The position numbers and the translations under genes are program-made. A DNA stretch of 60,000 nucleotides from Lama glama. Its lineage: Eukaryota. Location of the stretch: contig CM052817.1 in the NCBI GenBank assembly GCA_028534125.1, positions 26,972,001 to 27,032,000 on the forward strand. The letters run 5' to 3'. The notes under the pieces are model-generated. The model saw only the letters and a program-made list of their open reading frames with translations. It was not told the origin of the DNA and did not search any database. Every line of letters starts with the position of its first letter. Position 1 is the stretch's first letter. Positions 35,961-49,202 of this stretch are shown here, one piece after another.

Positions 35961-37959
35961 ACTAAAAATAACAATATTCTACATAAAAATAGGATTAAGG
36001 CATTTGGTGGGACAAACCTCTTTTTATGCACACATTAATTTCACATGTGAATCCAGCCAGTAGAATGAACACTAGTCCAAGAACAAGGACACCAGATGCT
36101 CCCTCCGCAAGTATTAACAGATCCAGTCACATGACTGAATTCCTGAAGGTATTTGCTACCTCACAATTCAAGGACATATACAGTCCCAACAGAGATGTTC
36201 AAAGTATATAAATCCATTACAGAGGCCAAAACATAATTTGCTTGTACTGGCTAAAACAGTCATGGATTTAGTAAATCCAGATGAAGGAGGATTTTTAATT
36301 ATATAATTGCATATAAGCTGTTTTAATGTCTGAAAGAAATTTAGTTATGAATGAAGAAATTGTGCTCTGGATAAAGCTCCTTTCAAACAAGACTGAGATC
36401 AAAGAAATACAAAGAGCGATGGTTTGGGTGGGGGGATGAGTGCCTCTCTCTGGGAGTTTTAAACAGAAAGCAAGAAAAGAGAGACTGATCTTTACAACCT
36501 CCAAAAGAACTCAGTTATATTAAAATTTTCCCAATAACCATAGAACTGGGCTTTGAAAATAATCCATTTGCCAAAAATGGTGACTCCTTAGTCATAAGTC
36601 TGCTTAGTTTAACCCCACACAGTGACATCACATAAGAACTGAATGGTGAGAGCACTCAGGAGTCAAGGCCAATTTGGAACAATCTGGCCACCACACACCT
36701 GAGATCACTTACCTGTGCTTGCCAGCAGTACATTCAAATGATGGATCCCTTTCCATTTTCAGTGTAACCTTACTGGCACACTAAATATTCAGTAATGATT
36801 TGATGTAGAGCAACTGCTGTAATACAGCTCTCCACTCTCATGAATGCACTGAGGATTAAAAATCAGTGATTGTGTACGTGTTGGGGGGGGTTGTTTCACA
36901 AAATTACAAAGCATCTGTAACATTCAGCGTATACATCTGAATAACAACCATATTCCTGCTGTACAAAGTACAGATGTACTGGTCTCTATTTTTTGTTTTT
37001 TGGTTTTTTTCTCTTACTTTCAAAAATGCTGACTTCAATGAAAAACAAACAAAAACAAAACCCTTCTGTTTCAAATTTGCTTTTGTATTTTTAAGCATTT
37101 TCATAAGCTCCCTATCAAATGGAAACAAAGCTACTGGCTTCATGTCTTGTTTGTTTTGTTTTAAAGAATAGAAAAGGCAAATGAACCTTTTAATTATGCT
37201 ATTAGATACAAAAAGAGATCACAGAGGAGATACTGCGTTCCAGAAAAATCAGTCTGTTCAAGAACAGAGACCCTATCATTTTATTAAATGCATATTGATT
37301 ACTTTGGAAAATAGCCTTGAAATTCTTGGCTTCTGTGTCTCACAATTTGCAGCCTAAAACGCTGCACACATTTACCTTTAATAATTTGCAACCAAATACA
37401 CTCAGCAAGTAAATTCAGATACTATTTTCAATTATGACTGTTCAAAATAAAAACTATGAATTTTAATTTTTAAAGGACAACATGCTGAAATATACATCCA
37501 TCTATACATACCTCACACTGACTCTGAAAATACAGAGCACTTAGAAATTCTCAGTATGGAAACTATATTTCTTAAATTGCTCTAAGAATTAGCATATGTG
37601 TAGCTCGGGGGAATATACTCTCTTAGTATTACCAGATATTAAAAAGGGCAAGCAATTTTCAGAGTCTACCTGGAAAACAAGTAGAAATTATTTTCTCAGG
37701 CTCTCCAGTCACTCCGTGGGCAGAATTCCAGCATAATCTAAATTGGTCTTTGGCATTGTCTCCTTCCCCTTTTTGCATCACTGTGCCACCTTGAATCTAA
37801 GGCCCAATGACCTTCACTTTTGATGGCCTCTTTCTCTCAGTGGTCGTTTCCTTCCAAATTCTAAACTCCCAACTACTTCATGGGAATACTTTAGCAGAAG
37901 CTGGGGGATGGGGGATCTTTAACAAATGATTAATGACTTTAAACTTCCTCTGGATTATA

Positions 37960-39050
37960 TGCATTTTTAAAGGAAAGCTTGAGTACCCAGATCTTGTTTT
38001 CTAAATACCTTAGCTCACAGGAGAAATGTTTGGGTCCAGCCTGGGCTTCAGGAAAGTACAAGATAAGCCCAGAACATTTTGCTATGCCAGAGAGCGAAGA
38101 AGTGCTAAAATATTAACGCAGACATGACAAAAGAACATAGGACCTGCCTTGAAGGGTCTCCCTCTCGCCAAATGTGGGACAGTTCAAACAACAGAAAGAA
38201 TGATATCGATGAATTAGAACACACTGAATTAAAAAAGGAACCATAAATCCATAGATACTCATGAGAAGGGGGATAGTGGAACATTCTTCTTTGCAAAGAA
38301 AGCCAGCTAATAAACACTAAAGGAAGAGCAGAAATAGAAAATCCCACTTTGCAACCACCAAGGCAATGATTGATTCAGTCGACAGTCATTAATGGCTGCT
38401 AAAACCATTAGGGAAAGGGATGCTGTGGAACAGGATGCTCACACAGTCTCAGAGTATCACCCCGCTGATTACTTATCACTTACTGAGGAGGAAAGGTATC
38501 TTTATAATGGAGAGTTCTGGCAGACCACCTTACCCAAGTGATGGTTGGCATAATCAATTATAGGATAATCGAACATCACATGTCTCCACAACCACTATGT
38601 AGTGTGTTTGTCAAAAGGCTTAAACTGTATCTCCTCATGAAGTAACAATCTATCAAAGCCAGATTATGGTACTTTCTACAAGGCAACTGTCTTGGAATTT
38701 TCCAAGATATCAGTGCCATGAATGACAAAAATATAACAAAACCAGGGTGACTGTTCTGGGTTAAAGGAAAGGAGAGAAATGCAATGAATGACTGTTGATG
38801 AATCGTGGATGAGGAGAGGGGTTATAAAAGACATTATGGGAATAACTGGGGAAATTTGAATAGGTATTATGGGTTAAGGGGAGAATATTCTTGTACTTGG
38901 GAGATACATGGTAAAGTATTCTGGGTAAAGGGTTATGATCTCTACAACTAACTCAAATGGTTCAGCAAAAATGCTTTAAAGTTTGCATATGCAGAGACAA
39001 AGAGAGATGGAAACAGAGAGACAGATAAAACAAATTTGGCAAAATGTTAG
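37960..39050 (+). mobile_element. Old L1MC/MD-type 3' UTR
   Basis: cccagatcttgttttctaaatacc...ggaaagtacaagataagcccagaaca...cactttgcaaccacc...tttataatggagagttctggcagaccaccttacccaagtgat. Confidence 0.8.
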
Positions 39051-39619
39051 TATTTTATATGGTGGGCTGGCCATACCCTATAAAAGCCAGTAACTGTGGT
39101 TACTTGTAGGCTGTGTCTATTCCATATAAAGGAGCTCATGGTTGAAAGGAAACTGACACAAATACAAATATGGACCACTGGGTGTTACACCATTTTGTCC
39201 ATTTTTCAAAAAACTTTTATCTAATTCATTTCTCTTCTGTCATTAGTTGGGGGTTAGAAGACTGAGAAAGAAAGAAAAAAAAAAACCCAAGGAAGAGGAT
39301 GATAATGCATAAAAACTAGCAACAGAAGTTCAGTTCTCCTCCACGCATTTTGAAGAAGATGGAAGCCTCAAGGTTTAAAACCTTCTGCCTTGTCTTCCAT
39401 CTGGGTGAGAAATCCGGGGTAGATGTGGACGCTTCCAGTGAGCCAGAAGGGTCCCTCTGCAAGATTTACACTGACCAAACACGGTGACCAGGGAAGCTGA
39501 GCATTCAATTTCATGCCTGCCCCTGACCAAGTTGCAGGGGCGGGAGTTGGGGGGTAGCAGGGTGCATCTGAATAACGATCCATATAGGCAAACCTGCATC
39601 CCAGACCTGAAGCTTTTGG

Positions 39620-39900
39620 CAGCTGCCTCAAACTGAATGTCTGAAACAGCGTTCTCCTCCTCCAAACCTGATCCCTTGTTTCTACTACCTCTTTTCTTGG
39701 TCTACGCAGTCTCAAAAGTGCAGCTTTGTCTTTCACTTCGGTTCCCCCTGGCCCACTCTTTCCACCGTCTCTTCCTCGTCCACATCTTCAAGGCCATATT
39801 GGCCATGAGGGCTCTCATAGTCCAGGCAGAAACAGCCTCTCTTCTTTCTGTTTCTTCTCAATATTTCTGTCTACAGCACTCACTTGGCACTTTTTAAGTA
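39620..39900 (+). mobile_element. L2 fragment
   Basis: ctcaaactgaatgtctgaaacagcgttctcctcctccaaacctg. Confidence 0.5.
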
Positions 39901-40639
39901 TCTTTGCCACACAGCATTGAATCTGCACCCACTGTAGGCAAGTGCTTTGCAATGTTACCTTATTTAAAAATCACTAATTTTCTGAAGTAGTTTATTTCAT
40001 TTTCATCTACAGAAGAAATGGATACTCAGACAGGTGAGGTCACAGAGTTGTAAAGCTGATATTAAGACCCTGATCTGGTTCTACCCTAACACCAATGGGC
40101 TTCAGATTGTATTTATCATTTTAAACACTGTCCTCTGTCCTTAAATCAACCACAGAATCCTTGAAGGAACGAATCCATTTTATCCAACTTTGTGCTCTCT
40201 CCAGAACCGAGTACTACTCGTAACTCATGTTCACGGAATTATGTTTCAAGATTCAGCCCAGAGACCACTTTTCCTTTCTGACTTCCAGTCCCCTATCCTT
40301 GCAGAACCAATCACCCCCTCCTCCTTGCCCTCTGCAGGCTTCCACTGCAGTATATGCAAGTCTTCACTGCAGGGTCCGGGCCTGCCGCATATGTGCCTGG
40401 AACACAGTAGGCACTTAATGAATGTTCACTGAATGAAATGTTTATGCATGAGCCAGTTGGGTTCCTCATCAGGGCTGCTATGTCTCGCTAAAAAATTGCC
40501 CTTATTTTTGTCTTTATCATATAGCAAGGAAATTATTTTAAGAAAGAGTGACAGATGGGAAAGGGAGAGAAATGGAGAGTCTTGGCCTTTGGGTCCTACC
40601 TGCTTCACCTGCTGCCCTGGGTGTACTGTGTTCTGGAGA

Positions 40640-40790
40640 AGTGCTTCCAAATTTTAACATATATGTAATATCATTCGCTACAAATCATGATTCAGAATGT
40701 CTGCGGTGGAGCCCGAGTTTCCGCATTTCTAATAAGCTCCCAAGAGACATCAGTGCTGCTGATGCATGGACCACACTTTTGAGTAACAAA
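40640..40790. mobile_element. MER5A-like hAT MITE
   Basis: ttcagaatgtctgcggtggagcccgag...gcatttctaataagctccc...gctgctgatgcatggaccacactttgagtaac. Confidence 0.8.
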
Positions 40791-42299
40791 ACATCCTGGA
40801 CAGCATGAGCGAAACTGTGCCCATTTATAGAGATATAGCACGTAGACTAAATGGCCAGACGTGAATCCACAGAGTTAATGCTAGTTATCTCTGGGATTCT
40901 TCTTTCTGCTTTTCTATAATTTCCAAGTATTCGATAATGATTCTTGCTGGTGGAAATTAAAATTTTAAATGTTATACGTACACATGCATAAAAAAACTGT
41001 ACATTTGGACATTTCTACGCTGCATGGCTATATCTTTATTTAAGCAACACGTATACTTAAAAGGACCAGACTTGGGAAATAACAAGATGGTGAATTTAGC
41101 AATTCCCTGTCTGCTCATCTTAACATGTAGATTAACATAAAACAGTAATTACCCTTAACAAGCAATCACCACCACAAGCATTGTTTTTCTCAGGTTCCTT
41201 TCCCTTAAAAGAAAGAGAAGGAATGCATTCAGTTGGAAGACAATACGAGGCAAACCAAATTAAGGACAAAAATAAAAACAAGCAGGAGTGACGCTGAACC
41301 TCTTCCAAGTGGGTCAATACAACTGCATGAAAGTTGAAACGGAGGTGGAAATGCCTTTCTCTGAGCAGGGGCGGGGTGGGCTGGGTCCCCCAACAAGGCT
41401 AAGTGGAAGAAATTAAAGCACCACTCACTGTGCACCTGCAAGCGAGGTGGAAGGAAATGAGCCTCAGAGGAGCCCCCTTCCAAAGCATAACAAGGCGAGA
41501 TCATTAGGAAAAGGCAATTAGAGGCAGTGTGTTTGCAGGAAAGCACTCCCCAAATACCTGACTCCTCTTCTCTGGAGTTCCAAGTGATGCCAGGCTTATC
41601 CTGTGAATTGTAGAAGTTGCAGCCGTGGCAGGTGGGCATCTCATGCCCACTCCCGTACCTGCAGCGACTCCAGACACTTGCCTGGCCACAGATGTCTGTG
41701 ACTCAAGAAGGGCCAAAAACAAAGGAGGTGCCCAACTAGCCAATGGCGTGACCAGAGCGTTCCTGGTTAAAGTAGGACGAGCAAAGTTCTGCATCCTCTG
41801 TTTTCTAACCCACAGTACTAAGTGACTTTTTGCCTTGAAGAAATATTGTGAAACTCACCATGAAATGACCTGAAAGGACTGGAACTCAGAATCTGGAAGG
41901 CTTATATATCCAACAGGACTAAAAATTTCTTCTGTGTGTCTTACAGTATTACTAAGGATGTGGCTTCTTGTCTGTGAAGTTTCAGACATGCCAGACATTC
42001 AGCTCAACTGAAAACAGTGAGTCCCTGTATGTTGACTGAATTCTGTGAGTCTAGAGCTGGACCACTCAAGGCAACTGTATGCTGAGGTGCTAAATGCAAT
42101 CGACTGAAATTTCAAAACTAGTATCAGTCATCATCCTGATGGGAGAAAAAAATCTGAATCTACTTGGACTTGCTTACATTTATCTTATTCAGATTCAATA
42201 TTGTTTTTATTTTGAATTATGCGGATGTAGATGGGGTGGGGGAGGGGGAAAGCACCATAATCTCCATACTCCAAAACCTAGAAGTCTTAACATCTTAAT

Positions 42300-42740
42300 T
42301 GGAATTTTAGATTTAAAGAGACTTAAAAGGCATGACAATCAAATAAAATGCAATACACGGTCATTTGCTTGGATTCTGGTTAAAAAAATTTTTTTTAATG
42401 CTAAAGACTTATAGGACTAAGTATTTGGGAAATTTGATTATGGGCTGATAATAAATGATATTTAGGGACTATTGTTACTTCTGTTGGGCATCATAATAGT
42501 ATTGCATTTAATGGGGCAGCTTCTTCATTTCTTGGAGGTGGATGCTAAAGTAGTTAGGGGTAAAGTGCCATGACGTCTAAAATTTATTTTCAAATGCTTC
42601 AGCAAAAAATAATATGTAAATTTATACAGATGAAGTAAATAGGAAAAAATGTTAATAATTATTCAAATCAGATGGGGCTCTATGGATGTTAATTACAATA
42701 TCCTTTTTTTTTTCTGTATGTGAAAACTTTCAGAATTTAA
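42300..42740 (+). mobile_element. Old L1MC/ME-type 3' end
   Basis: gatttaaagagacttaaaaggcatgacaatcaaataaaatgcaa...ggattctgg...gatgctaaagtagttaggggtaaagtgccatgacgtct. Confidence 0.8.
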
Positions 42741-42869
42741 GGTTTAAAATTATATCAGGTAAAAAACATCTATGACCCTGTAGTTTCACGGCCCTTGTCC
42801 TACTGTCTTGCTATATTAGAACACAGTCCATCTAAGTAGATAATTTCTTCCTCCTGAAAATATTCTCTC

Positions 42870-43100
42870 ATCAAGCCTTCCCACCTCCATACCTTTGTGT
42901 ATTATATTTCCTCAACCTGGTATTTCCTCTGTCCAGTCATCACCTCTCTGGTGAAAGCTGACACTCTTTTAGGTCAATCTCAAATGCCACCTCCTCTACA
43001 AAGACTTTCCTAACCTCCTCCCCAAAGGGGGAGGTCATGCACCTCCCCTCTTTTGACTCCCCATGACACAATGCAGCTCTCCTCACACTTACCACCTTCT
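42870..43100 (+). mobile_element. L2 fragment
   Basis: ctcaaatgccacctcctctacaaagactttcctaacc. Confidence 0.65.
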
Positions 43101-43119
43101 ACCCCAACGGGGTAAAAAC

Positions 43120-43325
43120 TGCAGCTGACATTTACTGAGCGCTTCCCACGTGTGGGGCCCTGGTCCCTCGCAGGGGTTCTTGCCTTCACTCATTTCGTGC
43201 CTCCCCCACTGAGGTGGGCACTGCCATTACCCTCTCTTCACTGGTGAAGAAACAGGCTTTGAGAGGTCAGATGACTTGCCCAATCACAAGGGTCGTAAAT
43301 GGCAGTACCAGGATTCATGCAAACA
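43120..43325 (-). mobile_element. MIR SINE
   Basis: gctgacatttactgagcgcttccc...gaagaaacaggctttgagaggtcagatgacttgcccaatcaca. Confidence 0.8.
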
Positions 43326-43570
43326 TAGCCCTTCCACTTCCAATCTCTTTAGCACTAGTGTGCGTGTCATTTGCACGGTGGCCTGATCCCTTACTTAAAT
43401 GTAGTAAGGTGTCTCCTCCCTTACTACATTTTAACAATCTAAAGGCAGGCAGAGCATCTTGTTCATTTATTCACTCCATCAATAACTGTTGAAAAGCCAC
43501 TATTATCAGAAAACAACTGTCCAATGTGATGGAGTAAAGTGGTGAGTGAAAAGGGAAGTTTATGACCTAG

Positions 43571-43790
43571 GTAAAAATTAAGGAAATCTGAACAAACTAT
43601 GGACTTTAGTTAATAATAATGTATCAGTATTGGTCCTTTAACTGTAACAAATGTACCATATTATCATAAGACATTAATAATAGGGGAAAACAGGGTGAGA
43701 GTTTATGAGCACTCTGGACTATCTTCTCAATCTTTCTGTAAATCTAAAACTGTTCTTTAAAAAAAAAGTCTATTTTAAAAAAGGAAAAAA
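43571..43790 (+). mobile_element. L1MC-type 3' end
   Basis: ggaaatctgaacaaactatggactttagttaataataatgtatcagtattgg...ttctgtaaatctaaaactgttct. Confidence 0.88.
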
Positions 43791-46089
43791 GTGTGACTAT
43801 GAGTCAGTTTTCCTGACTGGCTCATAAACTACCTGTAACACCAATTCCAAAGAAGAGTGGCCCAGTCATTTTAGCAAAAGGCATGGCAATGAAATGTTTG
43901 AACTCGGCCCATTTGGGGAATGAATTTGAACCAGGCTCTCCAGCTGAATGTGTAGCACATGTTTTTTAAACCTAATCTCATGCACGTATATCCTTCCCCT
44001 CAGGCAACACTAAGAAGCTTCGGGCTCCAGGTTATCCTGGTTAATTCATCATGCTTTAATCAACACATCTCGGAAGGAAATTACCACATCTCCACTTCTC
44101 TAAGTCAACTCAAGTAAGTCTCAGAAAGACTCTATGAAGTTCAATTTTTTTTTTAAGTGTTGGGTTTTTTTTTTTCCCTTAAAAAAAAATCACAGAGTTC
44201 CAAGTCCCAAGCTCTACAGCCATCTCAAACCCAGAGCTTTAGGCATCTACACGTTCACATACTCAACCACCCTATGTTTGACTCTTCCCTAAAGAAAGGA
44301 ACTCTGCCTTCCAGATACCGTGCGGGGACTTCTCTCCACTTTAATAAATGACTCTGTCCACTGCATCTGTGAGATCAGCTACACTTCCACACATAAAAAC
44401 CCTTCTGTGTAGAGTTAGCCTAATAAATCACCATGAGTAACAGTAACTCTTTTTTTAGATCGAACTCCTGGAAAACTACAAGATGAGCCAGGAAGGACAC
44501 AGACCGTCACAGAAATGTAAATACTTAACAGACACTATTTGATAATGTTAGCCAGGATAATAAGTAACAGCACTGAGAATAATTCACTGCTTGCGGTACA
44601 TTTTGAAAGTTAGTCTCATAAAAGTACTGTGATACGGGCAGTGAAGATACCATTGTCATTTTATAGATGAGGAAAACTGAGGCTTACAATTGAAGTCAGA
44701 ACTCATTCAAACACACCACTGCGTGACTTTGTGCCACTGCGGACCCTTCGAGGCCTGGCTCAAAGCCAGCTGCGTCTTTGCTGTCTCCAGTCACACAGAC
44801 AGGACTCCCCTCCGTTTCTGGAGGTGCTCTTTTTCTGTAGGCCTTGTGTCTGTTCCTGTCTCCAATCTCCTGAGAAGAATTATAGGAAGCAACTCAGGAG
44901 GAGAGCATGGCTGCCACACGTTAATACAACGCCTCACACAGCGGGGGCTCCCCAACCCAAGGGCCCAGGACCGCACGAATGATGCTGCTCTGCAAAGCCT
45001 GCTCACAGGCAAAAGCCGTGAAACAAAACAGACCCTGTCCTGGGGCTCAAAAACTAACGTAAAGTTCAAGACGACTCTTTCCCCCTGAACTTAAAGCAAC
45101 ATAAACCATGTTTAAGCTTTACAACATAAATAGAAAAGAGAGAGTTTTGTTTTCCCCATGAGTCCTCAGCTAGGCCTCCAACTAGGGGACCAAAAACATT
45201 CAGGGAACATGCCACAGGTCTTGGTTTTCATCCAGATTCCAGAAAAAGGGGAGAGGAAAATGAGTTTCACCATCAATACAGCTTGAGTTCCTTTTATAGG
45301 AACCGCTTTCTCCAAAATCACACCTAAAATCAGCTTGTCCGTATTCCTCCTTCCATAGACTTGGTGGCCAGGTTGACCATTCTGTTACTAGAACACTGGA
45401 TTCTCAGAATCTAAGCCAGATGAAAAGTCAAATATTTTTAAAATATCAAATTATTAAAAAAACAAATTTTTCTCTGCTCCCTGGTATGAAATATAAAGCT
45501 CCTGACTTCACACAGAGAGTGACTGATTCAGAGTTCACTGCTCCTGCCCTGAAAGGAAACCAACGGTTTCCAGTGCACCAGGACACCGCAGAAGTTGTTG
45601 AGAGAAGCAGTTTACTGAATGGTACTTCTGTGTCTTAAAAGTTTTAATATGTCCAACAGTGGAAAAGTAAAACCATTTGGATCAAAGAGGCTAAAAATCA
45701 ATGGTTGCTTTGTTTGTTTTTAACCAGAATAACCAAAACTGAATATAGTTCACCAAGGTTTTAAATTTCAGTCTCACTGTATTTTTTCTCCCATGTCCAA
45801 CTATACAAGAGACTTTTTTAAAAATAATAAAATGTTCAATTCTACCATCGGTTACACATGTGCTTTGAATCTGTCAGGAATGAAAGACGGATTGTGTGGG
45901 GCTATCCAAACCCTTCCTTGTGTATCCAGTGGCATATGTTGCAGGACTGCTCCTCTGCAATCATGAGAAAAGTGATCTCAAAATACCAGAGGGAACTTAA
46001 GAGAGGGGTGGGTGTGTGTATACATGCATGTGTGCTCATCTGCAGTGGGTCTGCGGGTGGGGTTAGGGTCGGGGAGGGCAAGCAACAGA

Positions 46090-47820
46090 GAGCTGGAACT
46101 CCCAAGTGTCCTAAGATCTAGGATTCCACTCACCGCTCCACTTTTCCACTCTATTCTTTGCTCCAGGAAGCTGACCCATTTAACAACAGGCTCCCTCAAA
46201 GCAATCCTGAGGAAAAAGAACAAAGCTGGAGGCTTAACCCTCCCAGACTTCAGACAATACTACAGAATTTCAGTAATCAAAACGGTCTGGTATTGGCACA
46301 AAAACAGATATATAGATCAACGGAACAGAATGCAGAGCCCAGAAATAAACCCATATACCTATGGTCAATTAATCGTTGACAAAGGAAGCAAGAATATACA
46401 ATGAAGAAAAGACAGTCTCTTCAGCAAGCAGTGTTGGGAAAGCTGGACAGCCACATGTAAATCAATGCAATCAGAACATTCTCTCAGATCTAACACAAAA
46501 ATAAACTCAAAATGGTTTAAAGATCTAAATATAAGACACGACACCATGAAACTCCTAGAAGAGAATATAGACAAAACATTTTCAGACATAAATTGTAGCA
46601 GTATTTTCTTAGATCAGTCTCCCAAGGCAAAATAAATAAAAGCAAAAATAAACAAATGGAATCTAATCAAAAGCTTTTGCACTGCAAAGGAAACCACCAA
46701 CAAAACAAAAAAAAAGACAACCTGCAGACTCAGAGAAAATATTTACAATGTGACCAACAAGAAGTTAACATCCAAACTATGCAAACACATAATACAACTC
46801 AATATCAAAGAAACAAACAATCCAATCAAAAAATGAGCAGAAGACCTAAATAGACATTTCTCCAAAGAAGACATACAGATGGCCAAGAGACACACAAAAA
46901 GATGCTCAACACCATTAATTATCGGAGAACTGCAAATCAAACCCACAATGAGGTATTATCACTTTGCACCAGTCAGAATGGCTATCATCACAAATAATCA
47001 ATGCTGCAGAGGCTGTGGAGAAAAGGGAGCCCTCCTACACTGCTGGTGGGAATGTAAACTGGTGTGGCCACTATGGAGAACAGTATGGCGGTTTTTTTAA
47101 AAACTGAAAATAGAGCTACCCTATGATCCAGCAATCCCACTCCTGGGTATACATCTGGAAAAGCCTAAAACCCTAATCAGAAAAGATACATACACCCCAA
47201 TGTTCATCCAGCACTATCTGCAACAGCCAAGACATGGAAACAATCCAAGTGTCCATCAATAGATAATTGACTTAAGAAAATGTGATATATATACATATAT
47301 ACAAACAGAATGGAATATTACTCAGCCATAAAAAGAATATTGCCAGTTGTAGTAACATGGGTGGACCTAAAGAATACTATACTAAGTCAGAGAAAGACAA
47401 ATATTATATGATATCACTTATACATGGTATCTAAAAAATAATACAAATGAATCCATTTACAAAACAGAAACAGACTCACAGACATAGAAAACAAACTCAT
47501 GGTTACCAAAGGAGAAAGGGGAGTGGGGGGAGGGATAAATTAGGAGTCTGGGATTAACAGACACACAACTATATATAAAATAGATAAGCAACAAGGGTTT
47601 ACTGTAGTATGCAGGGAACAATATTCAGTATCTTGTAATAACCTATAATGGAAAATAATCTGAATCACTGAATCATTTTGCTACACACCTAGAACTAATA
47701 CAGTACTGTAAATCAACTATACTTCAGTAAAAACAAAAACACAGGCTCCCTTGCCCTCTGGCTCCTGGCTGGGTTTGATCAATAGGGAAGGTCCACAGGA
47801 GAGCAGAAGGAAGGAGCTAT
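46090..47820. mobile_element. LTR33-like ERVL LTR fragment split by the L1 below
   Basis: rejoining the L1 flanks gives acaggctcccttgccctctggctcctggctgggtttgatcaatagggaagg...caggagagcagaagg. Confidence 0.5.
46197..47740 (+). mobile_element. 5'-truncated L1 (~1.5 kb) with TSD
   Basis: ORF2 remnants [22 protein letters not shown]...[11 protein letters not shown] and [16 protein letters not shown] acaggctccct at 46186-46196 and 47741-47751. Confidence 0.96.
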
Positions 47821-48184
47821 ATTTCCCCTTCTGTGTAGTTTATTGCAGATGGTGGCATTTTGTGGGTTAAACAACAACAACAAAAACCAAAACCACGTCA
47901 GTACCCCAGCTGAAACAGCTAGCTTTAAAAGGTCCTGAAGTATTGTAGGGTGACTCTTCTTTGACACAACTGATGTGAGGCAGCCATAAAAGTGGGATCA
48001 AAACAATAGCAACGACAGGGCACTGTCTTGTTAGGTGAGATTTCAAGGGTTTTAGGTCTGTGATCAACCGAGTCTGATCAGAAAACAGGTGGCTCATTCA
48101 AACCCGGACCTTGGACAGGGCGTAGGGGAACAACCTGGGATGCTGCCTTGCCCTGGGCCTTGTGGCAGCCAAGCCCCTCCCACC

Positions 48185-48296
48185 CGATATATGATTTGCA
48201 AATATTTCCTCCCATTCAGTGGGATGCCTTTTCATTTTGTTGATGGTTTCCTTTGCTGTGGAGAAGCTTCTTAGTTCGATGGAATCCCACTTGTTT
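48185..48296 (-). mobile_element. Short internal L1 ORF2 fragment
   Basis: atatgatttgcaaatatttcctcccattcagtggg...ttttcattttgttgatggtttcctttgctgtg. Confidence 0.85.
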
Positions 48297-48702
48297 AGTG
48301 ATCCTTTTAAAAATGTAAGTCAGATCAAGTCATCTCTGCTCAAAACCCTGCCATTCTCTCAGAAATGAGTATTTTAGGTCCTTTTTCTGCCCTGCAGTAC
48401 CCTATACAACCTGTCTCTCACTCCACTGCCATATTTTTTGGCTTCATTCTGCATCACTCTTCTCTGTGTTTGCTCCGCTCTAGCCTCAGGGGCATCTTTG
48501 CTGTTTCTCAAACATGCCAAGTTCACTCCCACCTGAGGGCTTTTGCTCCTGCAGTTTCCTTCACCTGAAATGCCACCTCGTGGGTCTTCGCACGACTGAG
48601 TCCTGCTCGGCTGTAACTGCTCCAGGCAGCCTTTGCCCACCACCATCTCTTAAGCAGCCCTCTCTTGTCTCTAGCTCTCTCCCTCCCCTTAATTTTTCTT
48701 CA
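48297..48702 (+). mobile_element. L2 fragment
   Basis: agtgatccttttaaaaatgtaagtcagatca...ctctgctcaaaaccct...cccacctgagggcttttgctcctgcagtttcc. Confidence 0.85.
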
Positions 48703-49202
48703 NNNNNNNNNNNNNNNNNNNNNNNNNNNNNNNNNNNNNNNNNNNNNNNNNNNNNNNNNNNNNNNNNNNNNNNNNNNNNNNNNNNNNNNNNNNNNNNNNN
48801 NNNNNNNNNNNNNNNNNNNNNNNNNNNNNNNNNNNNNNNNNNNNNNNNNNNNNNNNNNNNNNNNNNNNNNNNNNNNNNNNNNNNNNNNNNNNNNNNNNNN
48901 NNNNNNNNNNNNNNNNNNNNNNNNNNNNNNNNNNNNNNNNNNNNNNNNNNNNNNNNNNNNNNNNNNNNNNNNNNNNNNNNNNNNNNNNNNNNNNNNNNNN
49001 NNNNNNNNNNNNNNNNNNNNNNNNNNNNNNNNNNNNNNNNNNNNNNNNNNNNNNNNNNNNNNNNNNNNNNNNNNNNNNNNNNNNNNNNNNNNNNNNNNNN
49101 NNNNNNNNNNNNNNNNNNNNNNNNNNNNNNNNNNNNNNNNNNNNNNNNNNNNNNNNNNNNNNNNNNNNNNNNNNNNNNNNNNNNNNNNNNNNNNNNNNNN
49201 NN
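48703..49202. other. Assembly gap (500 N)
   Basis: run of N. Confidence 1.

Noticed and set aside
44459..44516. + strand exon-like segment after ctcttttttttag
   Set aside because: Weak donor (AAT|gtaaat), opposite to the local strand bias, and no recognisable peptide
46012..47100. ORFs with reverse-transcriptase-element similarity (also 12220-12447 and 52360-53030)
   Set aside because: Frameshifted, stop-containing L1 ORF2 remnants, not a functional gene or novel RT system
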